A stretch of 40,101 nt of DNA from a virus. Taxonomy: Duplodnaviria > Heunggongvirae > Uroviricota > Caudoviricetes. The stretch is taken from positions 1-40,101 of IMG/VR virus record IMGVR_UViG_2718217868_000001. The stretch is one strand, 5' to 3'. Position 1 is the stretch's first letter; the number at the start of each line of letters is the position of its first letter. Positions 1 to 8,328 of this stretch are shown piece after piece. Under the pieces are notes generated by a model. It did no database searches. It was given only the letters and a program-made list of their open reading frames with translations, and was not told the origin of the DNA. Position numbers and translations under genes: made by a program.

Positions 1-201
1 TTACCCATTGGCGCGGCTTAAGAGCTTATTTTTGAATTCACAATGGTCACGATATAACCATCTTGCTCGCCCGTGGATAACTTTGGCTTTAGGCAGGTCT
101 CCGGACTTAATCCGGTCATAGATGAAGGTTTTACCGAAGCCAGTATCGGCCATGATGAATTTCAAATCAACCAGTGAATCAGGTTGTAGTTCGTGTTGCA
201 T
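1..201 (-). CDS. torI: Excisionase / recombination directionality factor, TorI-like (66 aa)
   Basis: Complete 66-aa ORF, stop codon at 1..3. The sequence matches my recollection of KplE1/CPS-53 TorI, a small winged-helix DNA-binding protein. It is the last gene of the leftward early operon. Confidence 0.75.
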   Translation of the reverse strand: MQHELQPDSLVDLKFIMADTGFGKTFIYDRIKSGDLPKAKVIHGRARWLYRDHCEFKNKLLSRANG

Positions 202-220
202 GAGTGCTATCTCCGAATAT

Positions 221-236
221 GGAATCGAACCTGCAA
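221..236. other. 16-bp segment identical to the T-arm region of the tRNA-Arg gene at 39033..39048
   Basis: Exact match ggaatcgaacctgcaa at both places, read directly from the sequence. The tRNA 3' acceptor end does not follow the copy at 221..236. Confidence 0.6.
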
Positions 237-245
237 ATCAGGCAA

Positions 246-266
246 GAAAAAACCGCATTGATGCGG
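246..266 (-). terminator. Putative intrinsic terminator on the minus strand between the 114-aa gene and torI
   Basis: Minus-strand hairpin ccgca/tgcgg followed by a TTTTTTCTT run. Confidence 0.4.
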
Positions 267-325
267 CAATGGTAGGTCTGGATATCTTGAGAAATGAAAA
301 TGCCACATCGAGTGTGAGACTGTGG

Positions 326-670
326 TTAGTCCTTGCGTAGCTCGCTGATTCTTCTGTAAGTCTCTGGTGCTTTGTTTCCGTGTATCTTCATTTCAGACTT
401 CAACAGAGCAACGAGGGAATCCCATTCGTTGAGGATGCCTTTGAATGCCGGAACGCGCTTTGCAACCTTGTCGAATGAATCCCTGATTTCTGGAATCTGC
501 TCAACAAGTGCAACGCATCGTCGGAAATCGGCTGCATCATGTGGAGCGCCGAAGTGATGACCATAGATATTCTTTTTCAGTCCACATGCGATTGAGGCAA
601 GAGTTGCGCTACTGATACCGACATCGCTAGTCGATTGCCATTTCAAAACCTTCATAGCCAAATCTGACAT
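326..670 (-). CDS. Hypothetical early-left phage protein (114 aa)
   Basis: ORF with a GGAGA ribosome-binding site upstream of the ATG; co-oriented with the early-left operon. No family recognised. Confidence 0.6.
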   Translation of the reverse strand: MSDLAMKVLKWQSTSDVGISSATLASIACGLKKNIYGHHFGAPHDAADFRRCVALVEQIPEIRDSFDKVAKRVPAFKGILNEWDSLVALLKSEMKIHGNKAPETYRRISELRKD

Positions 671-742
671 TTCTTATCTCCATAAAACAAAACCCGCCGT
701 AGCGAGTTCAGATAAAAGAAATCCCCGCGAGTGCGAGGATTG

Positions 743-1027
743 TTATTCAGTGCCGATATTCACCTTTATCGCGTACACCTTTACCGGTTTATCGCCGAAG
801 TGAGGATGTGTGATTGTCTTGATTTCATATCCGTCATACGGGACGTCAATTCTGCGGCTGGAATCGTCGCGCTTCGGATATCCCTTTGTGATAATCAGGC
901 GGTCATACTCCCGGAACATAATTCGCTTATTCCAGTAGTCATTACACAGGCGATACTCTTCCGTTTTCTCGCCCCGCTTCATCTGGTCGAAGTATTCGCC
1001 GTTCACTGCCAGTTGCAGATTAGCCAT
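743..1027 (-). CDS. Hypothetical protein, possibly ASCH/DUF3850-like (94 aa)
   Basis: Contains a GEKTEEYR motif resembling the ASCH-type GxKxxExR signature; its start overlaps the stop of the upstream gene. Confidence 0.5.
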   Translation of the reverse strand: MANLQLAVNGEYFDQMKRGEKTEEYRLCNDYWNKRIMFREYDRLIITKGYPKRDDSSRRIDVPYDGYEIKTITHPHFGDKPVKVYAIKVNIGTE

Positions 1028-1775
1028 TGTCAGCCTCCTGCTGCGGTGCTGCTGGTGCGGCGGCGAGCATTTTCGAGTAGCAATGCACTGTATTCAGCCA
1101 GAACCCAACCACCGATTGTCCAGCACGCAACATATCTTTTGTTGGGTCAATCGGAACAAGTTTCCATCCATTAGGAATTGGTGGGGTATTAACGCTTTCC
1201 TCCTGAAGCGCGGCAGCAGCTCGTTCCAAAAGCTCAGGTGATTTGATCTCTCCTTTTTCTCGAAGATATTTAGCCCTGCCGGTAAGCATGCAAATAAAAT
1301 CATCTGGAGACTTGTAAGTCGTCGTTACAGGCTCGTCACCCTGAAGTATGGCGGCGCGGCAGGCATCACTGCGAACTTCAATCCCCGCCTTATCCAACGC
1401 AAGCAACAAACCTCGTTCGCTGTCTCCGCAGTCGTCCAGTGTGTCATTGAGCACCGAAAGCGCTTTTTCGAAATCTTTATCGTGAATAGCGAGCACCACA
1501 GCCACCGCTGGCTGCGGTAACTGTGGTGCTGTGTAGAGTGGCGTAACACTGATTTCGTATTCGTTAATATCTTCATCGCTGATAGATGCATCAAAGCTTA
1601 AAAAGCCAGGTCTACCGAGACCACGGGCCTGTGCGTCCTGGATGATGTACGCCACAGCCTCAGCTTCGAGCGATGCCAGTGCGATACGCGCCAGCTCCCT
1701 TTCTTCTGACGCGGTTGGCTCAGGACCGTTGCCGAGGAAAATTTCTTGTGCGCGCTTTTTGGTAATTGTGCTCAT
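1020..1775 (-). CDS. Hypothetical early-left phage protein (251 aa)
   Basis: ORF with an AAGGAGAG ribosome-binding site; ATGA overlap with the upstream gene. Confidence 0.6.
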   Translation of the reverse strand: MSTITKKRAQEIFLGNGPEPTASEERELARIALASLEAEAVAYIIQDAQARGLGRPGFLSFDASISDEDINEYEISVTPLYTAPQLPQPAVAVVLAIHDKDFEKALSVLNDTLDDCGDSERGLLLALDKAGIEVRSDACRAAILQGDEPVTTTYKSPDDFICMLTGRAKYLREKGEIKSPELLERAAAALQEESVNTPPIPNGWKLVPIDPTKDMLRAGQSVVGFWLNTVHCYSKMLAAAPAAPQQEADNG

Positions 1776-2647
1776 GATGTCTCTCCTTTACCGGCTGCGG
1801 CGCGGTCTATGCGTTCAATTTCGGCCAGAATAAGTGCGCCAGCTTTCACAAGGTCACGACGCGGCCCAGATTGCTTCCACCAATCAGGAGCCCACGGCCA
1901 ATGCGCTGGCGTTGAGAGGCCTTGATTGTGTGCGTTAATCGCATAGCAAGCTGCAGCATCTGCCAGCTCACTGTTTTGATAGGCGTCGTCATGCTCCGAT
2001 GTCCAACCCTCAACAGCCCTCTGCCGCTGACGTTCTGATATCACATCCAGAAGTGCAGGATTGAACGCCAGCACCTCCAGTTCAGCAATCCGCTTCTCTG
2101 CGGCTTCCAGCTTCTCGCGCATATCGTCAACGTACTCGACCAGAGATCCGCCAGCAGGAATTTCGCATTCCTCGACCAGTTGGAAGTAGATATCAGCTGC
2201 GGCCCGTGTGTTGCTATGCCTAGCGTCGCCCATCTCACCTTCACGAAGAGCATCGCGTTCGGCGGTAAGATTGGCTATTTTGCTGTCTTTGCCTTCCAGC
2301 TCAACGCGCAGCTTCCCTACCGTTAGCGCAATTTCCTCGTTCTCCTGATCGCGGCGTTTTATGTATTGCTGGTTTCTTTCCAGCTCATCCAGCAGTGCCA
2401 GCACGGTAGCTGGACTGGCTGCGGCGATGAATTCAGCATTGGCCTGCTGTTCCATTTGGAAATCTTCATCGAAACCGCTTTCAGGATGCGCTCCTTCAAT
2501 TCTGCAAATGGGAATATATCCAGCAGCCTCGCGATGAATTAGGGCATCATCACCATCAAATCGGCTCTCTCCATATTCGAGCGACCACTCACCACACGTT
2601 GCTTTCTCTGCCTTGGCACGCAGTGCCTGATAGTCAATCTTGCTCAC
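1772..2647 (-). CDS. Ead/Ea22-like early protein (about 291 aa, GTG start)
   Basis: Likely GTG start at 2647 preceded by an AAGGAGG site (the six-frame ORF extends to 2839). N-terminus MSKIDYQALR and a coiled-coil middle are typical of prophage Ead/Ea22-like proteins; C-terminus carries a WPW..WWK motif. Confidence 0.55.
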   Translation of the reverse strand: MSKIDYQALRAKAEKATCGEWSLEYGESRFDGDDALIHREAAGYIPICRIEGAHPESGFDEDFQMEQQANAEFIAAASPATVLALLDELERNQQYIKRRDQENEEIALTVGKLRVELEGKDSKIANLTAERDALREGEMGDARHSNTRAAADIYFQLVEECEIPAGGSLVEYVDDMREKLEAAEKRIAELEVLAFNPALLDVISERQRQRAVEGWTSEHDDAYQNSELADAAACYAINAHNQGLSTPAHWPWAPDWWKQSGPRRDLVKAGALILAEIERIDRAAAGKGETS

Positions 2648-2867
2648 TGTTTGCCTCCTTTGCTCGCTGATTCCACTCTGCTCTAACCTCTGAATAAAAA
2701 ATCGCGCAGTCATTTCCAGGCGCTGCATATTTGCTACCAGATTGAGCGCGACACGTACCGCATCGAACGAAATAGAATCGACCGCCAGAGCCATATTCAG
2801 GGTGATCTGCTTCGCTGGCAACGTGCGCTGCACCGCCACAGAATGGACATGGTAGTAGGTTGCTCAT
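2634..2867 (-). CDS. Lar-family restriction alleviation protein (about 77 aa)
   Basis: N-terminus [12 protein letters not shown] plus a later CGTC motif fits the Lar (Rac prophage) Zn-finger anti-restriction family. Start from ATGA overlap with the upstream gene. Confidence 0.6.
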   Translation of the reverse strand: MSNLLPCPFCGGAAHVASEADHPEYGSGGRFYFVRCGTCRAQSGSKYAAPGNDCAIFYSEVRAEWNQRAKEANSEQD

Positions 2868-3442
2868 GAATGCACTCCCTTGTGAAGCTGTTCCGCACAA
2901 TGCAGCAGGGCGTCAGTCGCCTCTTTCACCGTAACGCAGTCGCCATCGTCCAGCCCGGACACCGACGCGTGCTTAACGAACGCCGCGCAAAGGTCATCAA
3001 ACGCCTTAGCCCGGACTTCAGTCAGGAAAGCATCGGTGGCTGGGGTGTCTGATTGCATAGACTTTGCGCGATAGTCATTCCACCCTCTTGCATACATGGG
3101 ATTAACTTGCACTCCATCTTTTACGCAATATGCCTGCCCTCCACGGTTGATAACCTTGATTTCGTCCATAGCGCCAGACTTCAGCCCCGCATTCTCCGCT
3201 GCCAGTGCCGAAAACTTCTCGTGTGCCAACTTAACAGCCGAATCAGCCTGCTTAATTGACTCAATCGCTTTCTGTTGGTCTTCGGCCAGCGCCAAAATCT
3301 TGGCCTCCGCTTCAGCAAATTTACGCACCAGATATTCAGCGTTTGTTTCGTTAACATTTAAATCTCGTGGGATGCATTTACCTTTCAGAAAACCATCCAT
3401 CTCAATTAGTGACATTTGTTTCATTTCTTCCCACTCCGCCAC
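2864..3442 (-). CDS. Hypothetical early-left phage protein (192 aa; start uncertain)
   Basis: Long ORF in the operon orientation; several in-frame candidate starts (3442, 3424, 3415). Confidence 0.5.
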   Translation of the reverse strand: MAEWEEMKQMSLIEMDGFLKGKCIPRDLNVNETNAEYLVRKFAEAEAKILALAEDQQKAIESIKQADSAVKLAHEKFSALAAENAGLKSGAMDEIKVINRGGQAYCVKDGVQVNPMYARGWNDYRAKSMQSDTPATDAFLTEVRAKAFDDLCAAFVKHASVSGLDDGDCVTVKEATDALLHCAEQLHKGVHS

Positions 3443-3585
3443 ATCGCATTCAGATATTTGTTTTGATTCACTGATGGAAACGAGTTTCGCTTAAGCAATT
3501 CCTCTCTCGATGGCATTGGCTTTACGCGTTGGCGAATAATCATTTCTGCCGGAAGAATGCCGGGATTGTATGCAAGTCCTCTCAT
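3421..3585 (-). CDS. Hypothetical small protein (54 aa)
   Basis: ATG at 3585 preceded by a GAGGA site; the six-frame ORF 3421..3735 overlaps the upstream gene. Confidence 0.4.
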   Translation of the reverse strand: MRGLAYNPGILPAEMIIRQRVKPMPSREELLKRNSFPSVNQNKYLNAMWRSGKK

Positions 3586-3595
3586 GGTAAATTCC

Positions 3596-3889
3596 TCAGT
3601 CATTACTGATAGCGCCATAGCGTGAGCGGTAATTACGCAGGCGCGGGTCAATTTCAGGGAAGTGGGTATATGTGGCTTTGCGGAATGGTCGGATTGATGT
3701 CTGGTAAATTCGCTCGCGTTCTTCTTTCTCTGCAAGCCATATACAGTGGCGAAATTCCTTTTCCTCTTTCGTTTCCTGCGGTAGCGACATTATCCGGTCG
3801 TAGTTTTTCCTGAATTTATCCAGCACCTCCGATACGGAATTGCCGGAACAGCGGCGTGGGTCATCCGCACCATACAGAGGCGCTGGCAT
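3596..3889 (-). CDS. Hypothetical early-left phage protein (97 aa)
   Basis: ORF with an AAGGA site upstream. Confidence 0.5.
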   Translation of the reverse strand: MPAPLYGADDPRRCSGNSVSEVLDKFRKNYDRIMSLPQETKEEKEFRHCIWLAEKEERERIYQTSIRPFRKATYTHFPEIDPRLRNYRSRYGAISND

Positions 3890-3912
3890 AATTAAATCCT
3901 TATTTTTCTAAA

Positions 3913-4296
3913 TCAGAATGGGATGGAATCGTCGTATACAGGAGTGTTCTGCTGGTTACTACTTTGCTGCTGCGGGCCATTTCCTGAAGCTGCAAATCCA
4001 ATCTTTGCATTCAGTAATTCAAGAGTGATTGATTGACCATTTTGCCCCTGATAAACATCAACCCTGATGTTTTCTCCGGTAATTTCCACAATGCCACCTT
4101 CAACAAGAACACTACGGTAGTAATCCGCTTGCGCTCCCGGCTTGGCAAATACAACGGCGCTGTAGTTTGTCCATTCTTTCTTTTTTGTCTGGCGATCGTA
4201 ATACTGAACGCCAGCACGGATGTTGAATCCGATATTTTCCCCGGTCTGAAACTCTCTTGCGGGCTTGTTTAGTCTTACAGTAATCGAATGTGCCAT
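3913..4296 (-). CDS. Phage single-stranded DNA-binding protein (SSB-like, 127 aa)
   Basis: Acidic C-terminal tail ending DDSIPF, like the SSB DDDIPF tail; lies immediately downstream of erf. Confidence 0.7.
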   Translation of the reverse strand: MAHSITVRLNKPAREFQTGENIGFNIRAGVQYYDRQTKKKEWTNYSAVVFAKPGAQADYYRSVLVEGGIVEITGENIRVDVYQGQNGQSITLELLNAKIGFAASGNGPQQQSSNQQNTPVYDDSIPF

Positions 4297-4901
4297 TAAG
4301 CAGCCGCTCCTTCTAATTCGTCTCGTCTGATGTTGTAAACGTCCTGCGCTTTGTGCTGCTCCGGTGTGCCTTCAAGCATCTTCCACGCTTTGGCGAACGC
4401 CTGTTTAAGCTCTTCTACGGTGTTTTTTTGCATTGCTGCGTCAGTGAATGCTTTTAGAACCTGTTCAGGTGTAGGTGATGGTTTTGATTGCTTTGCTGCT
4501 GCGTTCTGCTGATGTTTATGCTCGTCGGTATCTGCATCTTTCGCATCATCAATGCCGAATAAACCATTGAGGCAATACTTGCGTGCATAAGAGCTTGTAG
4601 CTCCCGTAACTTGTGCAGAATCCATTCCTTTCTTGCTTTCTTCCTCTCGTGCAAGAGCGGTTGCTTTATGGCTGTTTTCGCCATCGGTAATAGTTGCCGT
4701 GGCTTTCACGTAATACCGATCACCAATCAACACAACTTCATCGCTGATTGATAAAAACAGACCATTCAGTAACGGCTTAACGCCTTCAAGAATATCTTCG
4801 CAGCTTCTGTATTTATATTTACCGAATGAGTTGTACTGATTTTTTGGCGCGTTCAGATTCTCCTGAATGGCTGCCAGTCTTGCGTAAAATTCTTTGCTCA
4901 T
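4296..4901 (-). CDS. erf: Erf-family single-strand annealing recombination protein (P22 Erf-like)
   Basis: MSKEFYARLA..NQYNSFGKYKYRSCEDILEGVKPLL closely resembles P22 Erf as I recall it. Start placed at MSKEF (the six-frame ORF extends to 4931). Confidence 0.85.
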   Translation of the reverse strand: MSKEFYARLAAIQENLNAPKNQYNSFGKYKYRSCEDILEGVKPLLNGLFLSISDEVVLIGDRYYVKATATITDGENSHKATALAREEESKKGMDSAQVTGATSSYARKYCLNGLFGIDDAKDADTDEHKHQQNAAAKQSKPSPTPEQVLKAFTDAAMQKNTVEELKQAFAKAWKMLEGTPEQHKAQDVYNIRRDELEGAAA

Positions 4902-4990
4902 ATGTTTGTTCTCAGAATGGACATGGCCCAAGGAAATAACGCTGATTTAATACTTCGGTCTTTGCCGCATTTAAAAAGACGCGAACACCT

Positions 4991-5161
4991 TCACGATCTC
5001 CCTTCTGGCGATACATTAACGCCTGCTGCGTGTACATGCGTCTCTGTAACTTGCTCTCCTTCACTGTGGTTGCAAGTGACATGAATATCTCCTTCGTTAC
5101 CGATTAAATCTTTCATCTGACGAATGAATTCTTCGTCTGACCAGTTATCTGTAAAACTCAT
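4991..5161 (-). CDS. Small early protein at the P22 arf position (56 aa)
   Basis: ATGA overlap with the kil-like stop; located between the kil-like gene and erf. Confidence 0.4.
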   Translation of the reverse strand: MSFTDNWSDEEFIRQMKDLIGNEGDIHVTCNHSEGEQVTETHVHAAGVNVSPEGRS

Positions 5162-5310
5162 TTCCTGCGATACCACGGAAGGTTGATGACTGATTTCATC
5201 GCTTTATTTGCTTCAAGCCACATTTTTGAATCACCAATAAATCTGGCTATTACTGCTTTGTTCTGTGCAGCACGAAGCATCTGGTGATTGATGGCTATTT
5301 CATTGCGCAT
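5158..5310 (-). CDS. kil: Kil-like small protein (50 aa)
   Basis: 50-aa ORF immediately after cIII with an ..FIGDSKM.. motif reminiscent of lambda Kil. It falls below the 60-aa cut-off of the ORF track. Confidence 0.45.
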   Translation of the reverse strand: MRNEIAINHQMLRAAQNKAVIARFIGDSKMWLEANKAMKSVINLPWYRRK

Positions 5311-5426
5311 AATAAGACCTCAACTCTTTTCCATCCGTCACGTAATTTACGGGTGATTCGTTCAAGTAAAGATTCATTTAGTTGGAAGGCACCCATGCGA
5401 GCGCCTCCCGCGATTGCGTAAATCAT
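5295..5426 (-). CDS. cIII: CIII-like protease (FtsH) inhibitor (43 aa)
   Basis: MIYAIAG..SLLERITRKLRDGWKR matches the lambda CIII core (ESLLERITRKLRDGWKR); AAGGAA site upstream. Confidence 0.8.
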   Translation of the reverse strand: MIYAIAGGARMGAFQLNESLLERITRKLRDGWKRVEVLLCAMK

Positions 5427-5450
5427 GGGTGGTTCCTTATGTTGGTTTTA

Positions 5451-6419
5451 TTAGTAGGTTATTTTTGTTGCGAATACTTCGCCTTTTACGATGGCTGTTA
5501 TGATATTTTTAGCAACATCTTCTGATGCACCAACCTTGATAAGGTCAGCAAGTATTTTGTTATTTACTTCTTTCCGGTGAGCTTTATCCTTTGCTCTGCG
5601 CTCTTCTTCGTCCTTGATTCTTTTTTCTTCTGCTATTCTGGCTTGCTCTTTTGCTTCAGCATCGCGACGGATTTGTTCAGCCTCCTCCTGTGCTTTTCTG
5701 CGTTCTGCTTCAATTGCTGCCTGCTTTTCTCTTTCAGCTCGTTCTGCTGCCTCTTTTGCTTCGCGCTGTGCTCGTTGCTCGGCTTCAATGCGTTCACGCT
5801 CTGCACGTTCCGCTGCGGCCTTAGCTTCTGCTTCTCGCCTTGCTGCTGCTTCAATTTCGGCTTTTGCCTTTGCTTCGGCTTCTGCTCTGGCTTTCTCTTC
5901 AGCTTCTCTTTTTAAGCGCTCTTCATGCTCTCGCTTTTCCCGCTCCGCTTTGAGTCTTGCCTCTTCTCTTTGGCGGTCAAATTCGCGATCCATCAAAATC
6001 GCTATTTCATGGTCAGACTCAATTTGCTTTGCGAGAGCTTCAGCTGCTGCCTTAGCTTCTTCTTCGGCTTTAATCCGCGCCTGTTCTTCCTCATAATCAG
6101 TAAGAGGCTGGCGTGCCTTGGCTTTCAGCTCATCAAGGCGATCACGCACTGTTTTGCGGTTGGCATCAATTAGCTTTGGAATTTCCTTCAGTTCAGCAAC
6201 AAGGTCTTTGCCAAGACCATCGAGATATGTTTTCGTCTGCGCAACTTTATACGCCAGAGAAGCGATCTCCTTTCTGCCCTTTGCCGTTGTGATATCAGGC
6301 ACAAAGGACATAACTTCACGTTCAACCTTTTGAAGGATTTCTTCAATCTGGTCGGCAGACTGAAATACAGTCATTGCATTTGCTTTTTCAATAACAACTA
6401 AATCTGTTACTTCACTCAT
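5451..6419 (-). CDS. Charged coiled-coil protein with a TolA-like E/K/A/R-rich central region (about 322 aa)
   Basis: Start placed at ATG 6419 with a GGAGGA site (the six-frame ORF extends to 6473). About 170 residues of AEEKA/REAEA low-complexity helical repeat flanked by ordinary N- and C-terminal segments. Confidence 0.6.
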   Translation of the reverse strand: MSEVTDLVVIEKANAMTVFQSADQIEEILQKVEREVMSFVPDITTAKGRKEIASLAYKVAQTKTYLDGLGKDLVAELKEIPKLIDANRKTVRDRLDELKAKARQPLTDYEEEQARIKAEEEAKAAAEALAKQIESDHEIAILMDREFDRQREEARLKAEREKREHEERLKREAEEKARAEAEAKAKAEIEAAARREAEAKAAAERAERERIEAEQRAQREAKEAAERAEREKQAAIEAERRKAQEEAEQIRRDAEAKEQARIAEEKRIKDEEERRAKDKAHRKEVNNKILADLIKVGASEDVAKNIITAIVKGEVFATKITY

Positions 6420-6431
6420 ATATCCTCCATC

Positions 6432-6458
6432 AAAAAAATCGCCCTCACATTGGAGGGC
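6432..6458 (-). terminator. Putative intrinsic terminator (minus strand) downstream of the AT-rich cassette
   Basis: Hairpin gccctc/gagggc followed by seven T on the minus strand. Confidence 0.5.
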
Positions 6459-6551
6459 AAAGAAGATTTCCAATAATCAGAACAAGTCGGCTCCTGTTTA
6501 GTTACGAGCGACATTGCTCACATAGCAGACTCGCAAATCTGCTATAGGTGC

Positions 6552-6713
6552 TTATTCGCATCGCATGACAACATCAAATTTTTCGAGATTACTTTGTCGC
6601 AACAATCCTTCTTCTACGCGGTCAGCTTTTCTATAATTATCAAATTCGAAATGTTTAATTACTTCTTTCGTTTCTCGCTCTATAACTTCAACAATGTATT
6701 TCTTATTCATCAT
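6552..6713 (-). CDS. Hypothetical small protein (53 aa), last gene of the AT-rich early-left cassette
   Basis: ATGA overlap with the stop of the 98-aa gene; AT-rich; below the ORF-track cut-off. Confidence 0.4.
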   Translation of the reverse strand: MMNKKYIVEVIERETKEVIKHFEFDNYRKADRVEEGLLRQSNLEKFDVVMRCE

Positions 6714-7006
6714 TCTTCCCCAAGAGCTTTTCTGATTGCTGCAAGACCTTTATTAACAGCTCCATACCATTCTGGATATGTTGTCTTTGTTCTATTTTTG
6801 GTTTGCTTAAGTAATAACTGAAGTGCTTCGAGAAGGTCAGGTGCTGCCGCTATTAGATTGGCATCTTCAATGCATTGAACTTCCTCACAGATTGCAATAT
6901 ACGAACGCCAGCCTGCGCCATTTTCAAGTGAGTCTGCCTGGATGATTTTAATCTCATCGCCATCCATCATTATTTCCCACTTACCTTCAGTACCTTTAAA
7001 TTCCAT
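6710..7006 (-). CDS. Hypothetical protein (98 aa), AT-rich early-left cassette
   Basis: ORF with a GAGG site; low GC compared with its surroundings. Confidence 0.55.
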   Translation of the reverse strand: MEFKGTEGKWEIMMDGDEIKIIQADSLENGAGWRSYIAICEEVQCIEDANLIAAAPDLLEALQLLLKQTKNRTKTTYPEWYGAVNKGLAAIRKALGEE

Positions 7007-7052
7007 GTTAGCCTCTGTTGTTTATGCCAAAAATAAAGGCCGACTATGCGTC

Positions 7053-7523
7053 CTAGTAGAATACCCAATTTTCTGTTTCTTGGTTGTGTCCAAAGTTATA
7101 TTCAATATCTGGTGTTGATGTATCAATATTCTTCATCCCATCAACAAGAGTTGATACAACAGCCAAATCTTGTTTGATTCTCATTAAATGGTATTTCTTC
7201 CGGCGCAATAAACTCTCAATGGCAAGTTTCTTCGTTGGGAATGCAAAAGATCTTTCTGCATTTTTTGCTACTTTCTTAATTGCATATCTATTTCTCCTTT
7301 GTTTCCATTCCCGTAACCACTGATTTGGTGCTGGTTTAAAATCAACAATCCAATGCGCAGGAACCAACCATGCATAATGCTCTGTCTGATGAAAAGCTAT
7401 ATATTGAAGTGCGAATATTTTGATTCCATCTTCTTCAACTGTCGCTTGGAATCTCCAGAAAACAGGCATTCCATCATGTTCAGTTTCTGATTCAGGAAAA
7501 GGTACGCTCCATGATTTTGTCAT
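7053..7523 (-). CDS. Hypothetical soluble protein (156 aa), AT-rich early-left cassette
   Basis: ORF with a GAGGTGAG site; no transmembrane segment; no family recognised. Confidence 0.6.
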   Translation of the reverse strand: MTKSWSVPFPESETEHDGMPVFWRFQATVEEDGIKIFALQYIAFHQTEHYAWLVPAHWIVDFKPAPNQWLREWKQRRNRYAIKKVAKNAERSFAFPTKKLAIESLLRRKKYHLMRIKQDLAVVSTLVDGMKNIDTSTPDIEYNFGHNQETENWVFY

Positions 7524-7577
7524 ATCTCACCTCAAATAAGTGGTTTGCTGCGAAAGTAAATACGCTTAAGTTACCTG

Positions 7578-7715
7578 TTATTTATCCCACCAAGTTCCGT
7601 ATCTATCTATCCAGTTACACCAATCATCGACACTCCATTTTGTTGTGTCGCATTTTGGCAACTGGCATGAATATCTACCTTCTTTGTAAAGTCGGCGTTT
7701 GACTTTCTTGAGCAT
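7578..7715 (-). CDS. Hypothetical small Cys/Trp-rich protein (45 aa) immediately downstream of N
   Basis: GAGGTGAG site then ATG at 7715; contains a CQLPKC motif and a C-terminal tryptophan cluster. Confidence 0.4.
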   Translation of the reverse strand: MLKKVKRRLYKEGRYSCQLPKCDTTKWSVDDWCNWIDRYGTWWDK

Positions 7716-7723
7716 GGCTCACC

Positions 7724-8056
7724 TCAATCGTAATAAGCTGGAATTGATTTTCCGCGTTGCTTCTGGCGGCCTGAGCAAGTCACACCCATTTCACAGCGTG
7801 GCTTGCTGTACCATGTGCGCTGATTCTTGCGCTCAATACGTTGCAGGTTGCTTTCAATCTGTTCGTGGTATTCAGCCAGCACCGTAAGGTCTATCGGATT
7901 CAGTGCGCTTTCTACTCGTGATTTCGGTTTGCGATTCAGCGAGAGAATAGGGCGGTTAACTGGTTTTGCGCTTACCCCAACCAACAGGGGATTTGCTGCT
8001 TTCCATTGAGCCTGTTTCTCTGCGCGACGTTCGCGGCGGCGTGTTTGTGCATTCAT
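7724..8056 (-). CDS. N: Antitermination protein N (lambda N-like, about 110 aa)
   Basis: MNAQTRRRERRAEKQAQWKAANPLLVGVSAKPVNRPILSLNRKPKSRVESALNPIDLTVLAEYH.. is near-identical to lambda N including the arginine-rich motif. Start at 8056 (the six-frame ORF extends to 8146). Confidence 0.9.
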   Translation of the reverse strand: MNAQTRRRERRAEKQAQWKAANPLLVGVSAKPVNRPILSLNRKPKSRVESALNPIDLTVLAEYHEQIESNLQRIERKNQRTWYSKPRCEMGVTCSGRQKQRGKSIPAYYD

Positions 8057-8166
8057 CTGGATTCTCCTGTCAGTTAGCTTTGAGTAACGCGCCGTGATGC
8101 TTATCTCCACGGTTGCTGTCTTGCAGCTGCATTTCGCGCTACTCAAAGCCTTCTGCTTTGAATGCT

Positions 8167-8196
8167 GCCCTTCTTCAGGGCTTAATTTTTAAGAGC
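8167..8196 (-). promoter_or_regulatory. nutL (boxA plus boxB) N-utilisation site
   Basis: The minus strand reads GCTCTTAAAAATTAAGCCCTGAAGAAGGGC, which matches lambda nutL boxA and boxB. Confidence 0.85.
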
Positions 8197-8236
8197 ATCA
8201 CCTTCATGGTGGTTAGTGCGTCCTGCTGATGGCTAA

Positions 8237-8265
8237 ATAGTACGATTTGTACTTTATCGAGTCAA
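8237..8265 (-). promoter_or_regulatory. pL-like early-left promoter with an overlapping operator palindrome
   Basis: Minus strand -35 TTGACT, 17-bp spacer, -10 TACTAT. The palindrome AGTACnnnnnGTACT (8239..8253) lies in the spacer. Confidence 0.6.
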
Positions 8266-8328
8266 TACAAAATGTTCTAAATATAATTGGTTTTTTATAA
8301 CGCTTTGTATTTAATGGGTTTATATTTT

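Noticed and set aside
221-236. The 16-bp tRNA-matching segment as the canonical second att core
   Set aside because: It lacks the tRNA 3' acceptor end and lies upstream of, not beyond, the terminal excisionase gene; kept as a finding but not annotated as attR.
731-1174. Plus-strand 147-aa ORF
   Set aside because: Antisense to two well-supported minus-strand genes in the leftward early operon; no start signals.
5577-6173. Long plus-strand ORFs (112, 160 and 82 aa) rich in S/A/C/F
   Set aside because: They are antisense and off-frame readings of the low-complexity A/E/K/R repeat gene at 5451..6419; no ribosome-binding sites and implausible composition.
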